This document shows positions 40,054 through 55,000 of a DNA stretch of 64,000 bases, in pieces. The stretch is taken from the NCBI GenBank assembly GCA_964057225.1, contig OZ059897.1, positions 1,736,001 to 1,800,000 of the forward strand. The letters run 5' to 3'. The translations under genes were made by a program, and so were the position numbers. Within the stretch, counting starts at the first letter, position 1. Each line of letters starts with the position of its first letter. The DNA comes from Auanema rhodensis (taxonomy: Eukaryota; Animalia; Nematoda). The notes beneath the pieces were generated by a model. It had not been told where the DNA came from. It searched no databases and saw only the letters and a list, made by a program, of their open reading frames with translations.

Positions 40054-42059
40054 TTATACAAAAATTAGTTATGATCGTTTGAAAAATAATGCATTAGTGT
40101 ATGCTGAGTTCCCATGTACACTCAACATTGCTTCGAAAAACATTTTGACAAAAATTTTCCCGAAAAATTTCTGAATAATTTCACGAAAAGTAAATGTTTT
40201 TAGATTCCTTTTTTCAAGGCGAAGACGATGGACAATGTTATTCAACGAAAAAATCATTTCTTCAGGGTGAAAATTGAGGATATAAGTGTGAACATATATC
40301 AGTTGATATCTCGGTGCATTTTTAAGCTAACTCAAATCTGATAACACAGATCGACGCAGCTTAAAAATCCGCATCGAATGCACTATACTACATTGAGAAA
40401 CGCTCTATACAAAAATTAGTTATGATCGTTTGAAAAATAATGCATTAGTGTATGTTGAGTTCCCATGTACACTCAACATTGCTTCCAAAAACATTTTGAC
40501 AAAAATTTTCCCGAAAAATTTCAAAATAATTTCAAAAAAAGTAGATGTTGTTAGATTCCTTTTTTCAAGGCAAAGACGATGAACAATGTTATTCGACGAA
40601 AAAATTAATTCTTCAGGGTGAAAATCGAGGATATAAGTGTGAACCTATATCAGTTGATATCTCGGTGCATTTTTAAGCTAACTCAAATCTGATAACACAG
40701 ATCGACGCAGCTTAAAAATCCGCATCGAATGCACTATACTACATTGAGAAACGCTCTATACAAAAATTAGTTATGATCGTTTGAAAAATAATGCATTAGT
40801 GTATGTTGAGTTCCCATGTACACTCAACATTGCTTCCAAAAACATTTTGACAAAAATTTTCCCGAAAAATTTCTGAATAATTTCACAAAAAGTAAATGTT
40901 TTTAGATTCCTTTTTTTCAAGGCAAAGACGATGGACAATGTTATTCAACGAAAAAATTGATTCTTCAGGGTGAAAATCGAGGATATAAGTGTGAACTTAT
41001 ATAAGTTGATATCTCGGAGCATTTTTAAGCTAGCGCAAATCTGATAACACAGATCGACGCAGCTTAAAAATCCGCATCGACTGCACTATACTACATTGAG
41101 AAAAGCTTAATACAAAAATTAGTTATGATCGTTTGAAAAATAATGCATTAGTGTGTGTTGATTTCCCATGTACACTTAACATTGCTTCCAAAAACATTGT
41201 GACAAAAATTTTCCCGAAAAATTTCTAAATAATTTCACAAAAAGTAGATGTTTTTAGATTCCTTTTTTCAAGACGAAGACGATGGACAATGTTATTCAAC
41301 GAAAAAATCATTTCTTCAGGGTGAAAATCGAGGATATAAGTGTGAACATATATCAGTTGATATCTCGGTGCATTTTTAAGCTAACTCAAATCTGATAACA
41401 CAGATCAACACAGCTTAAAAATCCGCATCGAATGCATTATACTACATTGAGAAACGCTCCATACAAAAATTAGTTATGATCGTTTGAAAAATAATGCATT
41501 AGTGTATGTTGAGCTCCCATGTACACTCAACATTGCTTCCAAAAACATTTTGACAAAAATTTTCCCGAAAAATTTCTGAATAATTTCACAAAAAGTAGAT
41601 GTTTTTAGATTCCTTTTTTCAAGACAAAGACGATGGACAATGTTTTTCAACGAAAAAATCATTTCTTCAGGGTGAAAATCGAGGATATAAGTGTGAACCT
41701 ATATCAGTTGATATCTCGGTGCATTTTTAAGTTAACTCAAATCAGATAACACAGATCAAAGCAGCTTAAAAATTCGCATCGAATGCACTATACGACATTG
41801 AGAAACGCTCTATACAAAAATTAGTTATGATCGTTTGAAAAATAATGCATTAGTGTATGTTGAGTTCCCATGTACACTCAACATTGCTTCCAAAAACATT
41901 TTGACAAAAATTTTCCCGAAAAATTTCTAAATAATTTCACAAAAAGTAGATGTTTTTAGATTCCTTTTTTCAAGACGAATACGATGGACAATGTTTTTTA
42001 ATGAAAAAATCATTTCTTCAGGGTGAAAATTGAGGATATAAGTGTGAACATATATCAGT

Positions 42060-45000
42060 TGATATCTCGGTGCATTTTTAAGTTAACTCAAATCTGATAA
42101 CACAGATCAACGCAGCTTAAAAATCCGCATCGAATGCACTATACTACATTGAGAAACGCTCTATACAAAAATTAGTTATGATCGTTTGAAAAATAATGCA
42201 TTAGTGTATGCTGAGTTCCCATGTACACTCAACATTGCTTCCAAAAACATTGTGACAAAAATTTTCCCGAAAAATTTCTAAATAATTTCACAAAAAGTAG
42301 ATGTTTTTAGATTCCTTTTTTCAAGGCAAAGACGATGGACAATGTTATTCAACGAAAAAATTAATTCTTCAGGGTGAAAATCGAGGATATAAGTGTGAAC
42401 TTATATCAGTTGATATCTCGGTGCATTTTTAAGCTAGTGCAAATCTGATAACACAGATCGACGCAGCTTAAAAATCCGCATCGAATGCACTATACCACAT
42501 TGAGAAACGCTTAATACAAAATTTAGTTATGATAGTTTGAAAAATAATGCATTAGTGTATGCTGAGTTCCCATGTACACTTAACATTGCTTCCAAAAACA
42601 TTGTGACAAAAATTTTCCCGAAAAATTTCTAAATAATTTCACAAAAAGTAGATGTTTTTAGATTCCTTTTTTCAAGACGAATACGATGGACAATGTTTTT
42701 CAACGAAAAAATCATTTCTTCAGGGTGAAAATTGAGGATATAAGTGTGAACATATATCAGTTGATATCTCAGTGCATTTTTAAGCTAACTCAAATCTGAT
42801 AACACAGATCGACGCAGCTTAAAAATCCGCATCGAATGCACTATACTACATTGAGAAACGCTCTATACAAAAATTAGTTATGATCGTTTGAAAAATAATG
42901 CATTAGTGTATGCTGAGTTCCCATGTACACTCAACATTGCTTCCAAAAACATTTTGACAAAAATTTTCCCGAAAAATTTCTGAATAATTTCACAAAAAGT
43001 GAATGTTTTTAGATTCCTTTTTTCAAGGCGAAGACGATGGACAATGTTATTCAACGAAAAAATTAATTCTTCAGGGTGAAAATCGAGGATATAAGTGTGA
43101 ACCTATATCAGTTGATATCTCGGTGCATTTTTAAGCTAACCCAAATCGGATAACACAGATCGACGCAGCTTAAAAATCCGCATCGAATGCACTATACTAC
43201 ATTGAGAAACGCTCTATACAAAAATTAGTTATGATCGTTTGAAAAAAAATTGCATTAGTGTGTGTTGAGTTCCCATGTACACTTAACATTGCTTCCAAAA
43301 ACATTGTGACAAAAATTTTCCTGAAAAATTTCTAAATAATTTCACAAAAAGTAGATGTTTTTAGATTTCTTTTTTCAAGGCAAAGACGATGGACAATGTT
43401 ATTCAACGAAAAAGTTAATTCTTCAGGGTGAAAATCGAGGATATAAGTGTGAACCTATATCAGTTGATTACTCGGTGCATTTTTAAGCTAGCGCAAATCT
43501 GATAACACAGATCAACGCAGCTTAAAAATCCGCATCGAATGCACAATACTACATTGAGAAACGCTCTATACAAAAATTAGTTATGATCGTTTGAAAAATA
43601 ATGCATTAGTGTATGTTGAGTTCCCATGTACACTCAACATTGCTTCCAAAAACATTTTGACAAAAATTTTCCCGAAAAATTTCTAATTAATTTCACAAAA
43701 AGTAGATGTTTTTAGATTCCTTTTTTCAAGACAAATACGATGGACAATGTTTTTCAACGAAAAAATCATTTCTTCAGGGTGAAAATCGAGGATATAAGTG
43801 TGAACATATATCAGTTGATATCTCGGTGCATTTTTAAGTTAACTCAAATCTGATAACACAGATCAACGCAGCTTAAAAATCCGCATCGAATGCACTATAC
43901 TACATTGAGAAACGCTCTATACAAAAATTAGTTATGATCGTTTGAAAAATAATGCATTAGTGTATGTTGAGTTCCCATGTACACTCAACATTGCTTCCAA
44001 AAACATTTTGACAAAAATTTTCCCGAAAAATTTCTAATTAATTTCACAAAAAGTAGATGTTTTTAGATTCCTTTTTTCAAGACAAATACGACGGACAATG
44101 TTTTTCAACGAAAAAATCATTTCTTCAGGGTGAAAATCGAGGATATAAGTGTGAACATATATCAGTTGATATCTCGGTGCATTTTTAAGTTAACTCAAAT
44201 CTGATAACACAGATCAACGCAGCTTAAAAATCCGCATCGAATGCACTATACTACATTGAGAAACGCTCTATACAAAAATTAGTTATGATCGTTTGAAAAA
44301 TAATGCATTAGTGTATGCTGAGTTCCCATGTACACTCAACATTGCTTCCAAAAACATTGTGACAAAAATTTTCCCGAAAAATTTCTAAATAATTTCACAA
44401 AAAGTAGATGTTTTTAGATTCCTTTTTTTAAGGCAAAGACGATGGACAATGTTATTCAACGAAAAAATTAATTCTTCAGGGTGAAAATCGAGGATTTAAG
44501 TGTGAACATATATCAGTTGATATCTCGGTGCATTTTTAAGCTAGTGCAAATCTGATAACACAGATCGACGCAGCTTAAAAATCCGCATCGAATGCACTAT
44601 ACCACATTGAGAAACGCTTAATACAAAATTTAGTTATGATAGTTTGAAAAATAATGCATTAGTGTATGCTGAGTTCCCATGTACACTTAACATTGCTTCC
44701 AAAAACATTGTGACAAAAATTTTCCCGAAAAATTTCTAAATAATTTCACAAAAAGTAGATGTTTTTAGATTCCTTTTTTCAAGACGAATACGATGGACAA
44801 TGTTTTTCAACGAAAAAATCATTTCTTCAGGGTGAAAATTGAGGATATAAGTGTGAACATATATCAGTTGATATCTCAGTGCATTTTTAAGCTAACTCAA
44901 ATCTGATAACACAGATCGACGCAGCTTAAAAATCCGCATCGAATGCACTATACTACATTGAGAAACGCTCTATACAAAAATTAGTTATGATCGTTTGAAA

Positions 45001-48000
45001 AATAATGCATTAGTGTATGCTGAGTTCCCATGTACACTCAACATTGCTTCCAAAAACATTTTGACAAAAATTTTCCCGAAAAATTTCTGAATAATTTCAC
45101 AAAAAGTGAATGTTTTTAGATTCCTTTTTTCAAGGCGAAGACGATGGACAATGTTATTCAACGAAAAAATTGATTCTTCAGGGTGAAAATCGAGGATATA
45201 AGTGTGAACCTATATCAGTTGATATCTCGGTGCATTTTTAAGCTAACTCAAATCGGATAACACAGATCGACGCAGCTTAAAAATCCGCATCGAATGCACT
45301 ATACTACATTGAGAAACGCTCTATACAAAAATTAGTTATGATCGTTTGAAAAATAATGCATTAGTGTATGCTGAGTTCCCATGTACACTCAACATTGCTT
45401 CCAAAAACATTTTGACAAAAATTTTCCCGAAAAATTTCTAAATAATTTCACAAAAAGTAGATGTTTTTAGATTCCTTTTTTCAAGACGAATACGATGGAC
45501 AATGTTTTTTAACGAAAAAATCATTTCTTCAGGGTGAAAATCGAGGATATAAGTGTGAACATATATCAGTTGATATCTCGGTGCATTTTTAAGCTAACTC
45601 AAATCTGATAACACAGATCGACGCAGCGTAAAAATCCGCATCGAATGCACTATACTACATTGAGAAACGCTCTATACAAAAATTAGTTATGATCGTTTGA
45701 AAAATAATGCATTAGTGTATGCTGAGTTCCCATGTACACTCAACATTGCTTCCAAAAACATTTTGACAAAAATTTTCCCGAAAAATTTCTAAATAATTTC
45801 ACAAAAAGTAGATGTTTTTAGATTCCTTTTTTCAAGACAAAGACGATGGACAATGTTATTCAACGAAAAAATCATTTCTTCAGGGTGAAAATCGAGGATA
45901 TAAGTGTGATCATATATCAGTTGATATCTCGGTGCATTTTTAAGCTAACTCAAATCTGATAACACATATCGACGCAGCTTAAAAATCCGCATCGAATGCA
46001 CTATACTACATTGAGAAACGCTCTATACAAAAATTAGTTATAATCGTTTGAAAAATAATGCATTAGTGTATGCTGAGTTCCCATGTACACTCAACATTGC
46101 TTCCAAAAACATTTTGACAAAAATTTTCCCGAAAAATTTCTGAATAATTTCACAAAAAGTGAATGTTTTTAGATTCCTTTTTTCAAGGCGAAGACGATGG
46201 ACAATGTTATTCAACGAAAAAATTAATTCTTCAGGGTGAAAATCGAAGATATAAGTGTGAACCTATATCAGTTGATATCTCGGTGCATTTTTAAGCTAAC
46301 TCAAATCGGATAACACAGATCGACGCAGCTTAAAAATCCGCATCGAATGCACTATACTACATTGAGAAACGCTCTATACAAAAATTAGTTATGATCGTTT
46401 GAAAAAAAATTGCATTAGTGTGTGTTGAGTTCCCATGTACACTCAACATTGCTTCCAAAAACATTGTGACAAAAATTTTCCTGAAAAATTTCTAAATAAT
46501 TTCACAAAAAGTAGATGTTTTTAGATTTCTTTTTTCAAGGCAAAGACGATGGACAATGTTATTCAACGAAAAAGTTAATTCTTCAGGGTGAAAATCGAGG
46601 ATATAAGTGTGAACCTATATCAGTTGATTACTCGGTGCATTTTTAAGCTAGCGCAAATCTGATAACACAGATCAACGCAGCTTAAAAATCCGCATCGAAT
46701 GCACAATACTACATTGAGAAACGCTCTATACAAAAATTAGTTATGATCGTTTGAAAAATAATGCATTAGTGTATGTTGAGTTCCCATGTACACTCAACAT
46801 TGCTTCCAAAAACATTTTGACAAAAATTTTCCCGAAAAATTTCTAATTAATTTCACAAAAAGTAGATGTTTTTAGATTCCTTTTTTCAAGACAAATACGA
46901 TGGACAATGTTTTTCAACGAAAAAATCATTTCTTCAGGGTGAAAATCGAGGATATAAGTGTGAACATATATCAGTTGATATCTCGGTGCATTTTTAAGTT
47001 AACTCAAATCTGATAACACAGATCAACGCAGCTTAAAAATCCGCATCGAATGCACTATACTACATTGAGAAACGCTCTATACAAAAATTAGTTATGATCG
47101 TTTGAAAAATAATGCATTAGTGTATGCTGAGTTCCCATGTACACTCAACATTGCTTCCAAAAACATTGTGACAAAAATTTTCCCGAAAAATTTCTAAATA
47201 ATTTCACAAAAAGTAGATGTTTTTAGATTCCTTTTTTTAAGGCAAAGACGATGGACAATGTTATTCAACGAAAAAATTAATTCTTCAGGGTGAAAATCGA
47301 GGATTTAAGTGTGAACATATATCAGTTGATATCTCGGTGCATTTTTAAGCTAGTGCAAATCTGATAACACAGATCGACGCAGCTTAAAAATCCGCATCGA
47401 ATGCACTATACCACATTGAGAAACGCTTAATACAAAATTTAGTTATGATAGTTTGAAAAATAATGCATTAGTGTATGCTGAGTTCCCATGTACACTTAAC
47501 ATTGCTTCCAAAAACATTGTGACAAAAATTTTCCCGAAAAATTTCTAAATAATTTCACAAAAAGTAGATGTTTTTAGATTCCTTTTTTCAAGACGAATAC
47601 GATGGACAATGTTTTTCAACGAAAAAATCATTTCTTCAGGGTGAAAATTGAGGATATAAGTGTGAACATATATCAGTTGATATCTCAGTGCATTTTTAAG
47701 CTAACTCAAATCTGATAACACAGATCGACGCAGCTTAAAAATCCGCATCGAATGCACTATACTACATTGAGAAACGCTCTATACAAAAATTAGTTATGAT
47801 CGTTTGAAAAATAATGCATTAGTGTATGCTGAGTTCCCATGTACACTCAACATTGCTTCCAAAAACATTTTGACAAAAATTTTCCCGAAAAATTTCTGAA
47901 TAATTTCACAAAAAGTGAATGTTTTTAGATTCCTTTTTTCAAGGCGAAGACGATGGACAATGTTATTCAACGAAAAAATTGATTCTTCAGGGTGAAAATC

Positions 48001-48300
48001 GAGGATATAAGTGTGAACCTATATCAGTTGATATCTCGGTGCATTTTTAAGCTAACTCAAATCGGATAACACAGATCGACGCAGCTTAAAAATCCGCATC
48101 GAATGCACTATACTACATTGAGAAACGCTCTATACAAAAATTAGTTATGATCGTTTGAAAAATAATGCATTAGTGTATGCTGAGTTCCCATGTACACTCA
48201 ACATTGCTTCCAAAAACATTTTGACAAAAATTTTCCCGAAAAATTTCTAAATAATTTCACAAAAAGTAGATGTTTTTAGATTCCTTTTTTCAAGACGAAT
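42060..48300. repeat. B1 higher-order repeat with 6- to 9-monomer variable period
   Basis: The marker monomer GCTAGTGC...TATACCAC...GATAGTTTG occurs at 42531, 44638 (+2107) and 47447 (+2809). A 352-bp monomer (GAAAAAAAATTGC, TTCCTGAA, AAAGTTAAT) occurs at 43241 and 46401 (+3160). Confidence 0.8.
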
Positions 48301-49079
48301 ACGATGGACAATGTTTTTCAACAAAAAAATCATTTCTTCAGGGTGAAAATCGAGGATATAAGTGTGAACATATATCAGTTGATATCTCGGTGCATTTTTA
48401 AGTTAACTCAAATCTGATAACACAGATCAACGCAGCTTAAAAATCCGCATCGAATGCACTATACTACATTGAGAAACGCTTTATACAAAAATTAGTTATG
48501 ATCGTATGAAAAATAATGCATTAGTGTATGTTGAGTTCCCATGTACACTCAACATTGCTTCCAAAAACATTTTGACAAAAATTTTCCCGAAAAATTTCTA
48601 AATAATTTCACAGAAAGTAGATGTTTTTAGATTCCTTTTTTCAAGACGAATACGATGGACAATGTTTTTCAACGAAAAAATCATTTCTTCAGGGTGAAAA
48701 TCGAGGATATAAGTGTGAACATATATCAGTTGATATCTCGGTGCATTTTTAAGCTAGCGCAAATCTGATAACACAGATCGACGCAGCTTAAAAATCCGCA
48801 TCGAATGCACTATACTACATTGAGAAACGCTCTATACAAAAATTAGTTATGATCGTTTGAAAAATAATGCATTAGTGTATGTTGAGTTCCCATGTACACT
48901 CAACATTGCTTCCAAAAACATTTTGACAAAAATTTTCCCGAAAAATTTCTAAATAATTTCACAAAAAGTAGATGTTTTTAGATTCCTTTTTTCAAGACGA
49001 ATACGATGGACAATGTTTTTTAACGAAAAAATCATTTCTTCAGGGTGAAAATCGAGGATATAAGTGTGAACATATATCA

Positions 49080-52000
49080 GTTGATATCTCGGTGCATTTT
49101 TAAGCTAACTCAAATCTGATAACACAGATCGACGCAGCTTAAAAATCCGCATCGAATGCACTATACTACATTGAGAAACGCTCTATACAAAAATTAGTTA
49201 TGATCGTTTGAAAAATAATGCATTAGTGTATGCTGAGTTCCCATGTACACTCAACATTGCTTCCAAAAACATTGTGACAAAAATTTTCCCGAAAAATTTC
49301 TAAATAATTTCACAAAAAGTAGGAGTTTTTAGATTTCTTTTTTCAAGGCAAAGACAATGGACAATGTTATTCAACGAAAAAATTAATTCTTCAGGGTGAA
49401 AATCGAGGATATAAGTGTGAACCTATATCAGTTGATTACTCGGTGCATTTTTAAGCTAGCGCAAATCTGATAACACAGATCAACGCAGCTTAAAAATCCG
49501 CTTCGAATGCACTATACTACATTGAGAAACGCTCTATACAAAATTTAGTTATGATCGTTTGAAAAATAATGCATTAGTGTATGTTGAGTTCCCATGTACA
49601 CTCAACATTGCTTCCAAAAACATTTTGACAAAAATTTTCCCGAAAAATTTCTGAATAATTTCACAAAAAGTAAATGTTTTTAGATTCCTTTTTTCAAGGC
49701 GAAGACGATGGACAATGTTATTCAACGAAAAAATTAATTCTTCAAGGTGAAAATCGAGGATATAAGTGTGAACTCATATAAGTTGATATCTCGGAGCATT
49801 TTTAAGCTAGCGCAAATCTGATAACACAGATCGACGCAGCTTAAAAATCCGCATCGAGTGCACTATACTACATTGAGAAACGCTCTATGCAAAAATTAGT
49901 TATGATCGTTTGAAAAATAATGCATTAGTGTGTGTTGAGTTCCCATGTACACTTAACATTGCTTCCAAAAACATTGTGACAAAAATTTTCCCGAAAAATT
50001 TCTAAATAATTTCACAAAAAGTAGATGTTTTTAGATTTCTTTTTTCAAGGCAAGGACGATGGACAATGTTATTCAACGAAAAAATTAATTCTTCAGGGTG
50101 AAAATCGAGGATATAAGTGTGAACCTATATCAGTTGATTACTCGGTGCATTTTTAAGTTAGCGCAAATCTGATAACACAGATCAACGCAGCTTAAAAATC
50201 CGCATCGAATGCACTATACTACATTGAGAAACGCTCCATACAAAAATTAGTTATGATCGTTTGAAAAATAATGCATTAGTGTATGTTGAGTTCCCATGTA
50301 CACTCAACATTGCTTCCAAAAACATTTTGACAAAAATTTTCCCGAAAAATTTCTAAATAATTTCACAAAAAGTAGATGTTTTTAGATTCCTTTTTTCAAG
50401 ACGAATACGATGGACAATGTTTTTTAACGAAAAAATCATTTCTTCAGGGTGAAAATCGAGGATATAAGTGTGAACATATATCAGTTGATATCTCGGTGCA
50501 TTTTTAAGCTAACTCAAATCTGATAACACAGATCGACGCAGCTTAAAAATCCGCATCGAATGCACTATACTACATTGAGAAACGCTCTATACAAAAATTA
50601 GTTATGATCGTTTGAAAAATAATGCATTAGTGTATGCTGAGTTCCCATGTACACTCAACATTGCTTCCAAAAACATTGTGACAAAAATTTTCCCGAAAAA
50701 TTTCTAAATAATTTCACAAAAAGTAGGAGTTTTTAGATTTCTTTTTTCAAGGCAAAGACAATGGACAATGTTATTCAACGAAAAAATTAATTCTTCAGGG
50801 TGAAAATCGAGGATATAAGTGTGAACCTATATCAGTTGATTACTCGGTGCATTTTTAAGTTAGCGCAAATCTGATAACACAGATCAACGCAGCTTAAAAA
50901 TCCGCTTCGAATGCACTATACTACATTGAGAAACGCTCTATACAAAATTTAGTTATGATCGTTTGAAAAATAATGCATTAGTGTGTGTTGAGTTCCCATG
51001 TACACTTAACATTGCTTCCAAAAACATTGTGACAAAAATTTTCCCGAAAAATTTCTAAATAATTTCACAAAAAGTAAATGTTTTTAGATTCCTTTTTTCA
51101 AGGCGAAGACGATGGACAATGTTATTCAACGAAAAAATTAATTCTTCAAGGTGAAAATCGAGGATATAAGTGTGAACTCATATAAGTTGATATCTCGGAG
51201 CATTTTTAAGCTAGCGCAAATCTGATAACACAGATCGACGCAGCTTAAAAATCCGCATCGAGTGCACTATACTACATTGAGAAACGCTCTATGCAAAAAT
51301 TAGTTATGATCGTTTGAAAAATAATGCATTAGTGTGTGTTGAGTTCCCATGTACACTTAACATTGCTTCCAAAAACATTGTGACAAAAATTTTCCCGAAA
51401 AATTTCTAAATAATTTCACAAAAAGTAGATGTTTTTAGATTTCTTTTTTCAAGGCAAAGACGATGGACAATGTTATTCAACGAAAAAATTAATTCTTCAG
51501 GGTGAAAATCGAGGATATAAGTGTGAACCTATATCAGTTGATTACTCGGTGCATTTTTAAGTTAGCGCAAATCTGATAACACAGATCAACGCAGCTTAAA
51601 AATCCGCTTCGAATGCACTATACTACATTGAGAAACGCTCTATACAAAATTTAGTTATGATCGTTTGAAAAATAATGCATTAGTGTATGTTGAGTTCCCA
51701 TGTACACTCAACATTGCTTCCAAAAACATTTTGACAAAAATTTTCCCGAACAATTTCTAAATAATTTCACAAAAAGTAAATGTTTTTAGATTCCTTTTTT
51801 CAAGACGAATACGATGGACAATGTTATTCAACGGAAAAATTAATTCTTCAGGGTGAAAATCGAGGATATAAGTGTGAACCTATATCAGTTGATTACTCGG
51901 TGCATTTTTAAGTTAGCGCAAATCTGATAACACAGATCAACGCAGCTTAAAAATCCGCGTCGAATGCACTATACTACATTGAGAAACGCTCTATACAAAA

Positions 52001-55000
52001 ATTAGTTATGATCGTTTGAAAAATAATGCATTAGTGTATGTTGAGTTCCCATGTACACTCAACATTGCTTCCAAAAACATTTTGACAAAAATTTTCCCGA
52101 AAAATTTCTAAATAATTTCACAAAAAGTAGATGTTTTTAGATTCCTTTTTTCAAGACGAATACGATGGACAATGTTTTTTAACGAAAAAATCATTTCTTC
52201 AGGGTGAAAATCGAGGATATAAGTGTGAACATATATCAGTTGATATCTCGGTGCATTTTTAAGCTAACTCAAATCTGATAACACAGATCGACGCAGCTTA
52301 AAAATCCGCTTCGAATGCACTATACTACATTGAGAAACGCTCTATACAAAATTTAGTTATGATCGTTTGAAAAATAATGCATTAGTGTATGTTGAGTTCC
52401 CATGTACACTCAACATTGCTTCCAAAAACATTTTGACAAAAATTTTCCCGAAAAATTTCTAAATAATTTCACAAAAAGTAGATGTTTTTAGATTCCTTTT
52501 TTCAAGACGAATACGATGGACAATGTTTTTTAACGAAAAAATCATTTCTTCAGGGTGAAAATCGAGGATATAAGTGTGAACATATATCAGTTGATATCTC
52601 GGTGCATTTTTAAGCTAACTCAAATCTGATAACACATATCGACGCAGCTTAAAAATCCGCATCGAATGCACTTTACTACATTAAGAAACGCTCTATACAA
52701 AAATTAGTTATGATCGTTTGAAAAATAATGCATTAGTGTATGCTGAGTTCCCATGTACACTCAACATTGCTTCCAAAAACATTGTGACAAAAATTTTCCC
52801 GAAAAATTTCTAAATAATTTCACAAAAAGTAGGAGTTTTTAGATTTCTTTTTTCAAGGCAAAGACAATGGACAATGTTATTCAACGAAAAAATTAATTCT
52901 TCAGGGTGAAAATCGAGGATATAAGTGTGAACCTATATCAGTTGATTACTCGGTGCATTTTTAAGCTAGCGCAAATCTGATAACACAGATCAACGCAGCT
53001 TAAAAATCCGCATCGAATGCACTATACTACATTGAGAAACGCTCCATACAAAAATTAGTTATGATCGTTTGAAAAATAATGCATTAGTGTATGTTGAGTT
53101 CCCATGTACACTCAACATTGCTTCCAAAAACATTTTGACAAAAATTTTCCCGAAAATTTTCTGAATAATTTCACAAAAAGTAAATGTTTTTAGATTCCTT
53201 TTTTCAAGGCGAAGACGATGGACAATGTTATTCAACGAAAAAATTAATTCTTCAAGGTGAAAATCGAGGATATAAGTGTGAACTCATATAAGTTGATATC
53301 TCGGAGCATTTTTAAGCTAGCGCAAATCTGATAACACAGATCGACGCAGCTTAAAAATCCGCATCGACTGCACTATACTACATTGAGAAAAGTTTAATAC
53401 AAAAATTAGTTATGATCGTTTGAAAAATAATGCATTAGTGTGTGTTGAGTTCCCATGTACACTTAACATTGCTTCCAAAAACATTGTGACAAAAATTTTC
53501 CCGAAAAATTTCTAAATAATTTCACAAAAAGTAGATGTTTTTAGATTTCTTTTTTCAAGGCAAAGACGATGGACAATGTTATTCAACGAAAAAATTAATT
53601 CTTCAGGGTGAAAATCGAGGATATAAGTGTGAACCTATATCAGTTGATTACTCGGTGCATTTTTAAGCTAACTCAAATCTGATAACACAGATCAACGCAG
53701 CTTAAAAATCCGCTTCGAATGCACTATACTACATTGAGAAACGCTCTATACAAAATTTAGTTATGATCGTTTGAAAAATAATGCATTAGTGTATGTTGAG
53801 TTCCCATGTACACTCAACATTGCTTCCAAAAACATTTTGACAAAAATTTTCCCGAACAATTTCTAAATAATTTCACAAAAAGTAGATGTTTTTAGATTCC
53901 TTTTTTCAAGACGAAGACGATGGACAATGTTATTCAACGAAAAAATCATTTCTTCAGGGTGAAAATCGAGGATATAAGTGTGAACATATATCAGTTGATA
54001 TCTCGGTGCATTTTTAAGCTAACTCAAATCTGATAACACAGATCAACGCAGCTTAAAAATCCGCATCGAATGCACTATACTACATTGAGAAACGCTCTAT
54101 ACAAAAATTAGTTATGATCGTTTGAAAAATAATGCATTAGTGTATGCTGAGTTCCCATGTACACTCAACATTGCTTCCAAAAACATTGTGACAAAAATTT
54201 TCCCGAAAAATTTCTAAATAATTTCACAAAAAGTAGGAGTTTTTAGATTTCTTTTTTCAAGGCAAAGACAATGGACAATGTTATTCAACGAAAAAATTAA
54301 TTCTTCAGGGTGAAAATCGAGGATATAAGTGTGAACCTATATCAGTTGATTACTCGGTGCATTTTTAAGCTAGCGCAAATCTGATAACACAGATCAACGC
54401 AGCTTAAAAATCCGCATCGAATGCACTATACTACATTGAGAAACGCTCCATACAAAAATTAGTTATGATCGTTTGAAAAATAATGCATTAGTGTATGTTG
54501 AGTTCCCATGTACACTCAACATTGCTTCCAAAAACATTTTGACAAAAATTTTCCCGAAAAATTTCTGAATAATTTCACAAAAAGTAAATTTTTTTAGATT
54601 CCTTTTTTCAAGGCGAAGACGATGGACAATGTTATTCAACGAAAAAATTAATTCTTCAAGGTGAAAATCGAGGATATAAGTGTGAACTCATATAAGTTGA
54701 TATCTCGGAGCATTTTTAAGCTAGCGCAAATCTGATAACACAGATCGACGCAGCTTAAAAATCCGCATCGACTGCACTATACTACATTGAGAAAAGTTTA
54801 ATACAAAAATTAGTTATGATCGTTTGAAAAATAATGCATTAGTGTGTGTTGAGTTCCCATGTACACTTAACATTGCTTCCAAAAACATTGTGACAAAAAT
54901 TTTCCCGAAAAATTTCTAAATAATTTCACAAAAAGTAGATGTTTTTAGATTTCTTTTTTCAAGGCAAAGACGATGGACAATGTTATTCAACGAAAAAATT

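Noticed and set aside
40069-41662. Two 62-aa minus-strand ORFs
   Set aside because: Chance antisense frames in two B monomers only.
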